Notes: generated from the sequence alone by a model not told the origin. 64,000 nucleotides of DNA from Proteiniphilum sp. (GCA_015478855.1 JADMKJ010000134.1:11729-75728); one strand, 5' to 3'; shown: positions 8,365 to 17,978, counted from the stretch's first letter. Numbers and translations: made by a program.

Positions 8365-10326
8365 TTAATGAAACCATGTCCAGGCAGAAATATCTAGTTT
8401 TCCATTCTGATAACTACCCGTGAGTGTGGCTACAATACCTTCAATCAACACATTTGTGAGAGGGCCGTCATTGGGCATATCAACCTGTGTGGCATATCCT
8501 TCCAGATAAACGTTGGTCATCGTAGCACCGGACTGTTTTTTGAACTGCAATGCAATCCCCGAGGGTGCTGATGCATTGGAGTTGATTGCTGTTAAATTGA
8601 CAATTGCAGGGTTCTTGTTCACACCATCCGCTTCTACCACCGTTGAAAAATTATTGATGGTATGCTTCACATAGGCATTCGTCACAGTGCCATTCCAACC
8701 CTCCGTCCAGTCAATGGCATCATCCTCGTTATTTTCAAGGTAGAGGTTCTCAACGGATACCGTACCACCAAAGAACTCCACACCATCGTCTGCACCATTG
8801 ATCACAGCTACATTCTTAATCTCAGTCCCTGTACCCACGGCGTAGAGCGTTAAACCATTGTATTCCGACTCGGTATCGATTTTAGCACCTGATCCTTTGA
8901 TAACCAGATAATTGATTTTTCCGGAATTATCTGCATCATTGGTACCACCATACTTGAAGCTACCCACCTCGGCTGTGGCATCCACGCCAGCAGTGGTCGT
9001 CGCCCTGCCACAGATGGTCAGTCCGCCCCAGTCCTGCGGTTGCGCATTGGCAGAGGTCATGACCACCGGTTTATCGGATGTACCAAGAATATCAATCTGC
9101 GCTCCCATCATGACGGCTATATATGTTTCCGTTTCCTGTCCCTGAGATGCAACCGCCAAAATACGGGTTCCCGCAGGGATGGTCAATTTACCGGTTTCTA
9201 CGATGTAAGACCCGGTAAGTCTGTAGGCTTTCGTTGCATCCAAAGTAACATTCCCGTTCTGTTTCCCTTTCAGTTCCACAATCTCCACCACACTGGCTTC
9301 AGCCCAGGTCCAGGTGGAGGGGTTCACTGTGGGTGCAGCGTCATAAGTTTTGTCGTGGCTTGCAACCTCTCCCTCGATCATCACATTGGTCAACGGACCA
9401 TCATTGGCCATATCGATGATCTCGTCATAACCCAATAACGATAAACCGGTAATGGTCGCTCCTGACTCTTTCTTGAATTGAAGAGCCGTACCTCCCGTGG
9501 TGGAAATAGCAGTGAGGTTCACAATTTTAGGATTTTTATTGGCACCATCAGCTTCCACAACTGTGGAGAATCCTTCAATCGTATGTTTCACATATGCATT
9601 GGTGACCGTACCATTCCATCCTTCGGTCCAGTCAATGGCATCATCCTCGTTATTCTCAAGGTAGAGGTTCTCAACGGATACCGTGCCTCCAAAAAACTCT
9701 ACGCCATCGTCAGCACCATTGATCACAGCTACATTCCTGATCTCAGTTCCTGTACCCACGGCATAAAGCGTTAAACCGTTGTATTCCGACTCGGTATTGA
9801 TCTTTGCTCCCGAACCTTTAATAACCAGATAATTAATTTTTCCGGAATTATCGGCGTCGTTGGTACCACCATACCTGAAGTTCCCCACCTCGGCAGTAGC
9901 ATCCACGCCGGCAGTGGTCGTCGCCCTGCCACAGATGGTCAGTCCGCCCCAGTCCTGTGGTTGTGCATTGGGAGAGGTCATCACTACAGGGTCAGCCGCT
10001 GTTCCGTTGACCATGATTTTACCATCCATCATGACAGCTATATAGGTCTCTGTTTCCTGTCCCTGTGATGCATTGGCGATGATCTGGGTTCCTGCAGGTA
10101 TCGTCAGTGTTGCACCAGCGTCCACAACAAACTTACCTGTTAACCTGTAGCTTGTGCCGGCATCCAATGTATAATTTTCTTTCAGTACCCCTTTCATTTC
10201 ACCATTCTCAAGCAGCTCAATCACCGGATTTGTTTCCGGAAGTGGATCACTTTCGTCACAACTGACCCATACAAAAAGTGATATGAACATCACTATGATT
10301 CCTGATAATAAAACATTTTTTTTCAT
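8365..10326 (-). CDS. Lipoprotein of unknown function built from two tandem 307-aa modules (beta-helix-like repeat pattern)
   Basis: ORF 8365..10353. The likely start is MKKNVLL (10326), with lipobox VWVSC. The mature protein is two copies of one module. It lies immediately downstream of the TonB-dependent receptor (11-bp gap). Confidence 0.8.
   Translation of the reverse strand: MKKNVLLSGIIVMFISLFVWVSCDESDPLPETNPVIELLENGEMKGVLKENYTLDAGTSYRLTGKFVVDAGATLTIPAGTQIIANASQGQETETYIAVMMDGKIMVNGTAADPVVMTSPNAQPQDWGGLTICGRATTTAGVDATAEVGNFRYGGTNDADNSGKINYLVIKGSGAKINTESEYNGLTLYAVGTGTEIRNVAVINGADDGVEFFGGTVSVENLYLENNEDDAIDWTEGWNGTVTNAYVKHTIEGFSTVVEADGANKNPKIVNLTAISTTGGTALQFKKESGATITGLSLLGYDEIIDMANDGPLTNVMIEGEVASHDKTYDAAPTVNPSTWTWAEASVVEIVELKGKQNGNVTLDATKAYRLTGSYIVETGKLTIPAGTRILAVASQGQETETYIAVMMGAQIDILGTSDKPVVMTSANAQPQDWGGLTICGRATTTAGVDATAEVGSFKYGGTNDADNSGKINYLVIKGSGAKIDTESEYNGLTLYAVGTGTEIKNVAVINGADDGVEFFGGTVSVENLYLENNEDDAIDWTEGWNGTVTNAYVKHTINNFSTVVEADGVNKNPAIVNLTAINSNASAPSGIALQFKKQSGATMTNVYLEGYATQVDMPNDGPLTNVLIEGIVATLTGSYQNGKLDISAWTWFH
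8368..10212 (-). repeat. Intragenic tandem duplication, period 921 bp (copies about 8368..9290 and 9291..10212)
   Basis: Anchors tcaatggcat (8711 and 9632) and ccacagatgg (9008 and 9929) are both offset by exactly 921 bp. Long stretches between the copies are near-identical at nucleotide level. Confidence 0.9.
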
Positions 10327-10364
10327 TGTTCTGATGTTTAATAATGTTGTCAACTTGTTTATTT

Positions 10365-13118
10365 CTAAAATGTATAATTCAGCGATAATTGCAGCTTCAT
10401 TCCTTTTTGATAGGACTCCACCACATGATTTTCTTCTTCACCCGTATTCAGATCTCTCAGATGCTGTGTCATTTTCATCTCCTGGTTCAGCAGGTTACGA
10501 GCAACAATCTTCAGCGAGAAATGATCTGTGAGCTCTTTACTCAATACGGCATCCAGTGTGATAAAACCTTTCTCGGTGATCTCATCGTTGTAGAGATAAT
10601 CTCTGTTTTCTGCATCCTTGGGACTGCCCATAGCGAATATCCTGTCGGAAGAGTAGTTGCCGGAAATGCTGGCAAGCCACTTCTTTTGCTTGTCTTCATA
10701 GCTGAGAGACAGGTTAGCAATCAAATCGGAGGCTCCCTGCAGGCCGGAAGTTGTTTTGTTGTTGTACTGATAGGCTTCCAGCAGATCCTGCTCTACCCAC
10801 ATCTTTGTGCCATTCAGGATCATACGCACCACGTTCTCGTCACTTTTGTACAGATTCAGCCGTGCCTCCGCTTCCAATCCGAAGACCTTGGCTTCTTCAC
10901 CGGTGTTTGCATAGACCAGATAACCGGCCCCACCCGTCAGTGAGGATATATTGATGGGGTCATTGATATTCTTGAAGAAGGCAGCCACGGAAATCAATTC
11001 ATCGGCCGACTTAAAGTATTCCCATTTCAGGTCGGCATTCCAGTTTTCAGACGCTTTCAGTTCCGGTGTACCCTGTATAATGGTACTGTTGGGCGAAGTA
11101 TAGGCAAAGGGGGCAATCTCCTTGAACTCTGGCAATGTGATGGTTTTACTTCCCGCGAGACGCAGACTATTTTTTTCGTTGAGGCTATATTTTAGGTTGA
11201 AGCTCGGGTAAAACTGCTTGTATATTTTCTTTATCATGGGTTCACGCAGAGGGTCATCATTGTTGATATCCCATTGTACCTCTATCTGGTCATGTTCATA
11301 TCTCACACCCACATTTCCGTCCAGATTACCATAGTCGAAGCCTACTGTTACATATCCGCCAAGGGCATTCAGTGTCGCATAATAAATATCTGCAGGAATC
11401 GTTTTGATCTTTCCACTGTCGAACGAAGGTGATGTGAAGATGGAGGTGATATCATCCACATTATCATCCTCTTTTCGAACGCCCATTAACTGTACACCCA
11501 CAAACTGGTTGCTGAAGTCTCTCTGTTTGTTGCGATAATTCACGCCATAGTTCAGCTTATAGGATTGATCACCCAGGTTCAAATCAATTTTATTCCGCAG
11601 AAAACCGTTGAACTCTATGTCGTCAATCTCCTGACTCGATTTCCGGTTTTCGAAATCGGATATGCGGTAGGAGAAATACAACGTGTTATTATCGAAACCG
11701 GTATAGGTTCTGATCCTGTTGGGCTCATCAGAGGCGACAGTGTTGTAGCCAACTCCCCACTCCACTCTGTTGGTTTCCGAAAAACGATGATCACCCAACA
11801 GCTGATTGACAATGAGCATCGTTGTCCTTGTATTCATATCACGGGTGAAAAATGAATCGGAGATCTCATCCATATCGAACTTGTACCCGCTTCCATTCCT
11901 GCCCTGTTCATAGACATTATCTGACAGTTTATTGATAAACAGGAGATTATAGTTCAGTTTGTGATGTGTATTGAACCTGTATGCAAGATTCAGCAGCCCG
12001 GTAAGATTTTCATTGCTTGTCCAGGATTCAGTATCGGAGAAGTCGGAATAGACCGTATTGGAGTTGAATCGTTTATAAATCCCCGTAGAGTGAGTGTGAT
12101 CACTTTTGTAGGAGAGGGTATAAAAAAGCGACAGGGTTTTCTCTGACAGTTTGAATTCACTGCCTCCAATCACAGAAATACCAATATCCATGGGAAAACG
12201 CTTCATTTGTGGATCCCATGATTGCCGGGTGATTGCATCCACAAGGTTATACTCGCGCTGATGAAAGCTCAGAAACGAGTTGCTCCTGTTGGGTGAGGCT
12301 TTGAAAACACTAAAGATGCCATCCGATAAAAGACTGCTATTGATACCTCCCTGCAGTTCCACCGAGAACTGATCTACAAATTCCTTCGAGATGATATTGA
12401 TGTTACCGGCCGACTGATCGATGTATCCTTCCGGGTTGTAGGTCTTGCTGATGCCCACATTCTGTATCACACCGGTGGAAAATAATCCCAGGTCGATATT
12501 TTTCTTGTCTACATCGACGGATGGTATGGGAAGGCCGTTCATGGTGGTCGACAGATAACGGTCGCCCAGTCCCCGGACAAACACCTCACCCGAACCTTCA
12601 CTCTTAACTACCCCGGTAATCTTACCTGTTGCAGTGGCAATATCCGATACGCCCTGCATCGACAACTGTTGTGCTCCCACACTCTCGCGGATCACCGTGG
12701 CGTTCTTCTGGTCCATCAGCAGGATACGTTCCGACTCCCTGCGGGGTGTAGCTACTATCACCACCTCGTCGAGGCTTACATCGTCCGTCTCCAGAGACAT
12801 ACGCAGGATGGTCTCTTTTCCACTCTCCACCAGGACATTGGTTATCACGACAGGGCGGTAAGCTACATAGGTAGCCCTCAATGAATAGGAGCCTTCCCCT
12901 ACGTTTTGGATGACAAAGTTCCCGTCTAAGTCTGCTGCTGCACCGTTGGAGGTTCCCTCCACGAGCACGGAAGCACCAATAAGCGGTTCGTTGGTCTTCG
13001 CGTCCACAATGATTCCTTTGATGGTGCCTGTTTGTGCAAAACCATTTGCCATTAAAAAGAAGAAGAGAGTGATGAGAGATAACCGAAAATAGTTGTTTAT
13101 TGGATTCATTTGCCGCAA
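10365..13118 (-). CDS. TonB-dependent receptor (CarboxypepD_reg N-domain, plug, beta-barrel) with no SusD partner
   Basis: Signal peptide. GTIKGIIVDAKTNEPLIGASVLVEGTSNGAAADLDGNF, a TonB-box-like DEVVIVAT, a plug, and a long barrel ending ...LSLNYTF with a terminal aromatic residue. 917 aa. Confidence 0.9.
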   Translation of the reverse strand: MRQMNPINNYFRLSLITLFFFLMANGFAQTGTIKGIIVDAKTNEPLIGASVLVEGTSNGAAADLDGNFVIQNVGEGSYSLRATYVAYRPVVITNVLVESGKETILRMSLETDDVSLDEVVIVATPRRESERILLMDQKNATVIRESVGAQQLSMQGVSDIATATGKITGVVKSEGSGEVFVRGLGDRYLSTTMNGLPIPSVDVDKKNIDLGLFSTGVIQNVGISKTYNPEGYIDQSAGNINIISKEFVDQFSVELQGGINSSLLSDGIFSVFKASPNRSNSFLSFHQREYNLVDAITRQSWDPQMKRFPMDIGISVIGGSEFKLSEKTLSLFYTLSYKSDHTHSTGIYKRFNSNTVYSDFSDTESWTSNENLTGLLNLAYRFNTHHKLNYNLLFINKLSDNVYEQGRNGSGYKFDMDEISDSFFTRDMNTRTTMLIVNQLLGDHRFSETNRVEWGVGYNTVASDEPNRIRTYTGFDNNTLYFSYRISDFENRKSSQEIDDIEFNGFLRNKIDLNLGDQSYKLNYGVNYRNKQRDFSNQFVGVQLMGVRKEDDNVDDITSIFTSPSFDSGKIKTIPADIYYATLNALGGYVTVGFDYGNLDGNVGVRYEHDQIEVQWDINNDDPLREPMIKKIYKQFYPSFNLKYSLNEKNSLRLAGSKTITLPEFKEIAPFAYTSPNSTIIQGTPELKASENWNADLKWEYFKSADELISVAAFFKNINDPINISSLTGGAGYLVYANTGEEAKVFGLEAEARLNLYKSDENVVRMILNGTKMWVEQDLLEAYQYNNKTTSGLQGASDLIANLSLSYEDKQKKWLASISGNYSSDRIFAMGSPKDAENRDYLYNDEITEKGFITLDAVLSKELTDHFSLKIVARNLLNQEMKMTQHLRDLNTGEEENHVVESYQKGMKLQLSLNYTF

Positions 13119-13227
13119 TAATCTGTATTATCTGATAGTAAGTTCTATCATCTTTTCGCGACAAAGGTCTGATATAAATGTTACAGAGCCGTTAAGAATC
13201 CATTACGTTATTGTTAAGATTAAAGCC

Positions 13228-13254
13228 AAAAAAAAACGGGGCTTCCTGCCCCGC
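13228..13254 (-). terminator. Intrinsic terminator of the DEAD-box helicase gene
   Basis: On the minus strand: CGGGGC-aggaa-GCCCCG followed by a run of nine T, about 10 bp after the stop. Confidence 0.7.
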
Positions 13255-13263
13255 TTCTTGCTA

Positions 13264-14988
13264 TTAGTATCTGACTTTCTTTTTTTTACTCTTTCCTCCG
13301 CTGTCATTCCCGTAGAATTTCTTTTTCCCCCGTTCCTGTCCGCTATCATCCTGCGCTATCTGTACCATCAGTTTCCTCTCATCTACATACATCCCTTTAA
13401 AAGTACTGACCACTTTCGATGCGAGCTCTTCCGGTACTTCGAAGAAGGAGAAATTTTTCATCAGGTCGATTCTGCCCACCGGCACTTTCCCTGGTACATT
13501 ATCGTTGATGAATCCCATGAGCGTTCCCGGGTTCACGCCATCCATCTTACCTATGTTGATGAAGAGGCGTGCATACCCTTTCTCAGCCCTACGTGCACCA
13601 CCATCCTGACGGTCACCTTTTCCGCGGAAATCATCCCTGCCTCTTCTGGAAGAGCCCTCCTGCGGTTCATAAATCTCTTCTGCCTGCTGGTAATATTCAA
13701 TCAGACGGTTGAACTCAAGTGATACGATCCGTTTGATGATATCTTCTTTCTCCAGCCATTCCAGCTTGCGAAAAATAGACGGGAGCAATCGCTCAATCTC
13801 TGCTTCGTTTACTTTCACTTTCTCGATCTTGTCGACAAAGTTGAAGAGTTGTTTTTCACAGATGACATCTCCCTTGGGTATTTCACGCTTCTCAAACTTC
13901 TTGTTGATCATCTTCTCGATCTGCGCAATTTTACCCTTTTCCTTGATATGGATGATCGAGATGGATGTGCCTGTTTTTCCGGCCCTGCCGGTTCTGCCGC
14001 TGCGATGTGTATAACTTTCCTGATCATCGGGCAGACCGAAGTTAATGATATGCGTCACATCATCCACATCCAGTCCGCGGGCAGCCACATCGGTAGCAAT
14101 CAGCAGCTGGAGGTTGTGATTCCTGAATTTAGCCATCACCAGGTCGCGTTGTGCCTGTGAGAGGTCGCCATGCAGTGAATCGGCATCGTAACCGTCCTGC
14201 ATCAGCTTATCGGCAATCTCCTGTGTCTCTTTCCTCGTGCGACAGAAGACAATGCCATAAATATTGGGGTAGTAATCCACAATGCGTTTTAGTGCGAGGT
14301 ATTTATCCTTGGCATGCACCATGTAAAAGAGGTGCCTCACGTTAAGCGCTCCTTCATTTTTTCTGCCGATGGTGATCTCAACCGGATCACTCATGTACTT
14401 CCTGGTGATTTTTTCAATCTCCTTCGGCATGGTGGCGGAGAAAAGCAGCATGCTTCGCTCTTCCGGCAGATGGGAGAGTATCTCATCAATATCTTCAGAG
14501 AAACCCATGTTCAGCATTTCATCAGCTTCATCAAGCACCATTGTGTGCACGTCGCTGAGTGAAACTGTTCTGCGTTTGATCAGGTCGATCAGCCTGCCGG
14601 GGGTGGCCACGATAATGTGTACACCTCTTTTCAGTGTGCGTATCTGACTGTCGATGCTCGATCCTCCATATACCGGAAGGATCTTGATGTCCTGCACGTA
14701 GGTGGAGTAATCGGTCAGGTCACCTGCAATCTGCAGGCATAGCTCCCTTGTAGGACAAAGGATAAGCGTTTGTGGCGATAACTGTTTAACGTTGATCTTC
14801 TGGATGATGGGGATACCGAAAGCGGCTGTTTTTCCGGTTCCTGTCTGTGCCAGTGCGATGATATCGCGTGTGTTGGCCAGCAGTTGAGGAATTACCTCTG
14901 TCTGTACCGGCATGGGTTGTTCAAATCCCAGTTCAGTAATAGCCTTCTGAATTTCGGGAATAACTCCGAGTTCTTCGAATGTTCTCAT
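13264..14988 (-). CDS. deaD: DEAD-box ATP-dependent RNA helicase with a DbpA-type C-terminal RNA-binding domain and basic tail
   Basis: Q-motif, AQTGTGKT, DEAD (VLDEADEM), SAT, HRSGRTGRAG, and the C-terminal INIGKMDGVNPGTLMGFI... DbpA-like domain. 574 aa. A 275-bp leader lies upstream. Confidence 0.92.
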   Translation of the reverse strand: MRTFEELGVIPEIQKAITELGFEQPMPVQTEVIPQLLANTRDIIALAQTGTGKTAAFGIPIIQKINVKQLSPQTLILCPTRELCLQIAGDLTDYSTYVQDIKILPVYGGSSIDSQIRTLKRGVHIIVATPGRLIDLIKRRTVSLSDVHTMVLDEADEMLNMGFSEDIDEILSHLPEERSMLLFSATMPKEIEKITRKYMSDPVEITIGRKNEGALNVRHLFYMVHAKDKYLALKRIVDYYPNIYGIVFCRTRKETQEIADKLMQDGYDADSLHGDLSQAQRDLVMAKFRNHNLQLLIATDVAARGLDVDDVTHIINFGLPDDQESYTHRSGRTGRAGKTGTSISIIHIKEKGKIAQIEKMINKKFEKREIPKGDVICEKQLFNFVDKIEKVKVNEAEIERLLPSIFRKLEWLEKEDIIKRIVSLEFNRLIEYYQQAEEIYEPQEGSSRRGRDDFRGKGDRQDGGARRAEKGYARLFINIGKMDGVNPGTLMGFINDNVPGKVPVGRIDLMKNFSFFEVPEELASKVVSTFKGMYVDERKLMVQIAQDDSGQERGKKKFYGNDSGGKSKKKKVRY

Positions 14989-15263
14989 TTTTTATAAAAT
15001 TTTTTTAATGTGTGGGTATTGATCTTTCTCCTTACTCCACACAACCATTCTATAAGGTCAGTTATTTGCCCGCAACGTTGTAATGCAAGTAAACTTGAAT
15101 TGTGAACGGATCGCTTGACGCAAATAATCATAAAGATGAGAGAAAATTCAATGACAATCTGTGATTTTTATAATGAAGATAACCTGTGTTCCTGTAGCGG
15201 ATAAAAAATCACCTTTTTTAAAATCGGGTGCAAAGGTATGAAAATTAATTCGATATATAGTAA

Positions 15264-16334
15264 TCAGAACTGATAAAGAAGATATTTCCTCAATAAATTT
15301 CTTTTACCGGTGGTCACCCGAAGCTCCTGCTCAAGGTAATTATCGACCGATCCATACTTCAGCTTAATATAATCAATAGCGTAATTGAGGTAAGACCTGT
15401 TCACTGAAAGCATGGCCGTCACGGCTTCCTGCATCGATTCTGAGAGATTTTTCGCATCAATCTCAGCCTTTGCAGGATCGATATGTTCATTTGAAAGCAT
15501 ATAATCCTGCTCCAGTGAATTTTGAGGAACACCAATGGCATATAATATAAAATAGGTTGCCAGTCCAATGCCATCTTTCCCAAGCGAACCTGTTAACAAC
15601 AGGGGGTAATTGCTGTCGTTGGTCAGCAGATCGAACAGCTCACCGAACTGGGTTTTATGATTCTCCACTATATTCACATACTCTTCCTGCACGTAACGGA
15701 TGGCATCGCTCCTGTCGAAATGTTCATCATTGAGTTGCTCATCCAGCTTTTCTGCATCCATAGGCATCAACGGAAGTGCTACCTTGCGTATGGATGGATG
15801 AAGAAGGATAGGATAACGTCTTGCTGTTCTTTCAGATCTGAAATCAATCACCGTTCTGATCTTCAACCTGCGTATTCTCTCCTGATCATAAAGTGTGGCA
15901 TTGCTTAAATTGGCCGAACGATAGATCTGCCCCCATTTCATCTGCCTGTTATCAGTAGTGAAATAGCCACCTATATCGCGAAAGTTCTTGATATTATCCA
16001 TGTCTATCACCCTGTTGGCAACAACACCAGAATAAACACCGGCAGTACGGAGAATAAAATATTCTCTCAATCCCGATCCGGTGGGATTCACCCGCATCAC
16101 CTGATCAGTTATTTTGGTGGAAGTGACCGGCGTGAAACTGGTGAGGGTACTATCGGTAAGGGAGGAATAGATATCAATATTACCCTCCTGATCGGGACTT
16201 ACTTCCCATTTTAACAGAAAATCCCCTTCTCTGTCTTTCTCAACCACAGAGGTAATCTTTACTGTTGACATACAAGCGTTTGCGCCAAACATCAGTAATA
16301 AAAGAAGGAGTATGGAATATCGTTGCTTCACCAT
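15264..16334 (-). CDS. Lipoprotein with a tyrosine-phosphatase-like (Y_phosphatase3-type) domain lacking the catalytic Cys and Arg
   Basis: Lipobox FGANAC. FRDIGGY...YRSANL...IRTVIDFRSE matches the PTP-like family. The P-loop position reads TGSLGKDGIG (15564..15593) where the family has HCxAGKDRTG. Confidence 0.75.
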   Translation of the reverse strand: MVKQRYSILLLLLLMFGANACMSTVKITSVVEKDREGDFLLKWEVSPDQEGNIDIYSSLTDSTLTSFTPVTSTKITDQVMRVNPTGSGLREYFILRTAGVYSGVVANRVIDMDNIKNFRDIGGYFTTDNRQMKWGQIYRSANLSNATLYDQERIRRLKIRTVIDFRSERTARRYPILLHPSIRKVALPLMPMDAEKLDEQLNDEHFDRSDAIRYVQEEYVNIVENHKTQFGELFDLLTNDSNYPLLLTGSLGKDGIGLATYFILYAIGVPQNSLEQDYMLSNEHIDPAKAEIDAKNLSESMQEAVTAMLSVNRSYLNYAIDYIKLKYGSVDNYLEQELRVTTGKRNLLRKYLLYQF

Positions 16335-16480
16335 TTAGCTTATTTACAAACAAATGTACATAAAAGTTTGTTCTAAAATAAAAATCCGGGCTGTCTATTA
16401 ACAATATATAATTATTCGTTTTTCTTTTTAATACTTTATCATTTAGCTATTTAACGATATTTTTTCATACAATGCATCAT

Positions 16481-16770
16481 TGTTGATAACTTGTGTGATA
16501 ATTGTGAAAAAATAATAACAAATAGAGTTGCAGGTTCCATATGGATTTATCCTATGAAATTATTCTTTTGATGCAAACATAATAAGGTTTATTTAACAAA
16601 AAAATATCAACCCCTTTTCAACAGGTGAAAAGAGATAAAAAGAATTTAATTATTAACTTTGTTGTTTATAAACAGAGTCTGACAAAATAAGTAATAAGCT
16701 AAATATTAGCATATAAAGAGATTTGAAGATGTTGAAACCTGTTGATAACTCACATCATATTGTTGATAAC
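16481..16770 (+). repeat. Three same-strand copies of TGTTGATAAC (16481-16490, 16740-16749, 16761-16770) in the AT-rich spacer upstream of nadA
   Basis: Exact 10-mers read directly. Two copies are preceded by CATCAT. The complement GTTATCAACA contains TTATCAACA, one mismatch from the DnaA box TTATCCACA. Confidence 0.6.
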
Positions 16771-16873
16771 GTCTCCTCTATTATTTTCATAAATAATTCA
16801 TTGACACTTTCAACATGCTATCATCACCATCATATATCTTTTCAAATTTTAAAACTATATAAATAATAAATAG

Positions 16874-17818
16874 ATGATCAAAGAAGAAATCATTCAACAC
16901 ATAGATAAACTCAGAAAAGAGAAGAATGCCATTATTCTGGCTCACTACTATCAGGAATCAGATATTCAGGATATTGCTGATTTCGTGGGCGACAGTCTGG
17001 CTCTGGCACAGTGGGCTGCGAAAACTACCGCCGATATTATTGTATTGTGTGGTGTTCATTTTATGGGAGAGACTGCAAAAATACTGAGTCCTCAAAAACG
17101 CGTTTTTATACCTGACCTAGCAGCAGGTTGCTCGCTGGCTGAGAGCTGCCCCGCCGATCAGTTTGAGGAATTTGTAAACGCACACCCGGATCATACGGTT
17201 ATCTCATATGTCAATACCACGGCTGCGGTGAAAGCACTGACAGATATCGTTGTCACCTCTACCAATGCTAAGCAGGTGGTGGAATCACTTCCCGAAAATG
17301 AAAAAATCATCTTCGGTCCTGACAAAAACCTGGGTGATTACATCAATAAGCTTACAGGTAGAGAGATGCTTCTGTGGGACGGTGTTTGTCATGTGCATGC
17401 ACAGTTCTCACTCGACAGGATCATAGCGTTGATGAAAGAATACCCGGATGCATTGATGCTTGCACATCCTGAATGTCCGAAGTATCTGCTGGAGATAGCG
17501 GATCATGTGGGCTCCACTTCATCCATACTTAAGTTTGCCACCACTTCAGAAAAAAAACAGTTTATTGTAGCTACTGAAGCAGGTATCCTGCACCAGATGC
17601 AAAAGGAAAATCCCGACAAGCTCTTTATTCCTGCTCCGCCGGAAGATGCCACCTGTGCCTGCAATGAATGTTTTTACATGAAAATGAATACCCTGGAGAA
17701 GCTTTATCTCTGTCTGAAAAATGAGAGACCTGAAATATTTGTGGATGAAGAGACAAGAGTAAAAGCAGTGAAACCAATTGAACGAATGCTTGAAATCTCT
17801 GCCAGGTATGGCTTGTAG
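16874..17818 (+). CDS. nadA: Quinolinate synthase
   Basis: ILAHYYQ, VHFMGETAKIL and YVNTTA motifs, conserved Cys ligands, 314 aa. Confidence 0.95.
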   Translation: MIKEEIIQHIDKLRKEKNAIILAHYYQESDIQDIADFVGDSLALAQWAAKTTADIIVLCGVHFMGETAKILSPQKRVFIPDLAAGCSLAESCPADQFEEFVNAHPDHTVISYVNTTAAVKALTDIVVTSTNAKQVVESLPENEKIIFGPDKNLGDYINKLTGREMLLWDGVCHVHAQFSLDRIIALMKEYPDALMLAHPECPKYLLEIADHVGSTSSILKFATTSEKKQFIVATEAGILHQMQKENPDKLFIPAPPEDATCACNECFYMKMNTLEKLYLCLKNERPEIFVDEETRVKAVKPIERMLEISARYGL

Positions 17819-17978
17819 AAATGGAATCAAATGTAAAAGGAAATGACAGTTAACGGAACATTGTGTCGGTTGCTGTAAGTGAACCTCTTTTTTTGTACCT
17901 TTGCACCCTTTAAAAATTCAATTAACTGCACCAACTATTCTTTTTTGTTTGTAGGTTAAGCGGTTTAAAATTAAAAAA

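Noticed and set aside
12622-13722. ORFs 12622..13164 (-) and 13093..13722 (+) around the receptor start and the helicase end
   Set aside because: They overlap the TonB-dependent receptor and DEAD-box helicase frames. Their composition is Arg/Cys/His-rich or Phe/Leu-rich noise, and the spacer holds a clear terminator instead.
16335-16873. Firm call of the chromosomal replication origin
   Set aside because: Only three one-mismatch DnaA-box-like sites are present, all in one orientation. No dnaA or dnaN gene is adjacent, and other strand switches exist at about 7.0 kb and 44.1 kb. It is kept as a low-confidence hypothesis in the findings.
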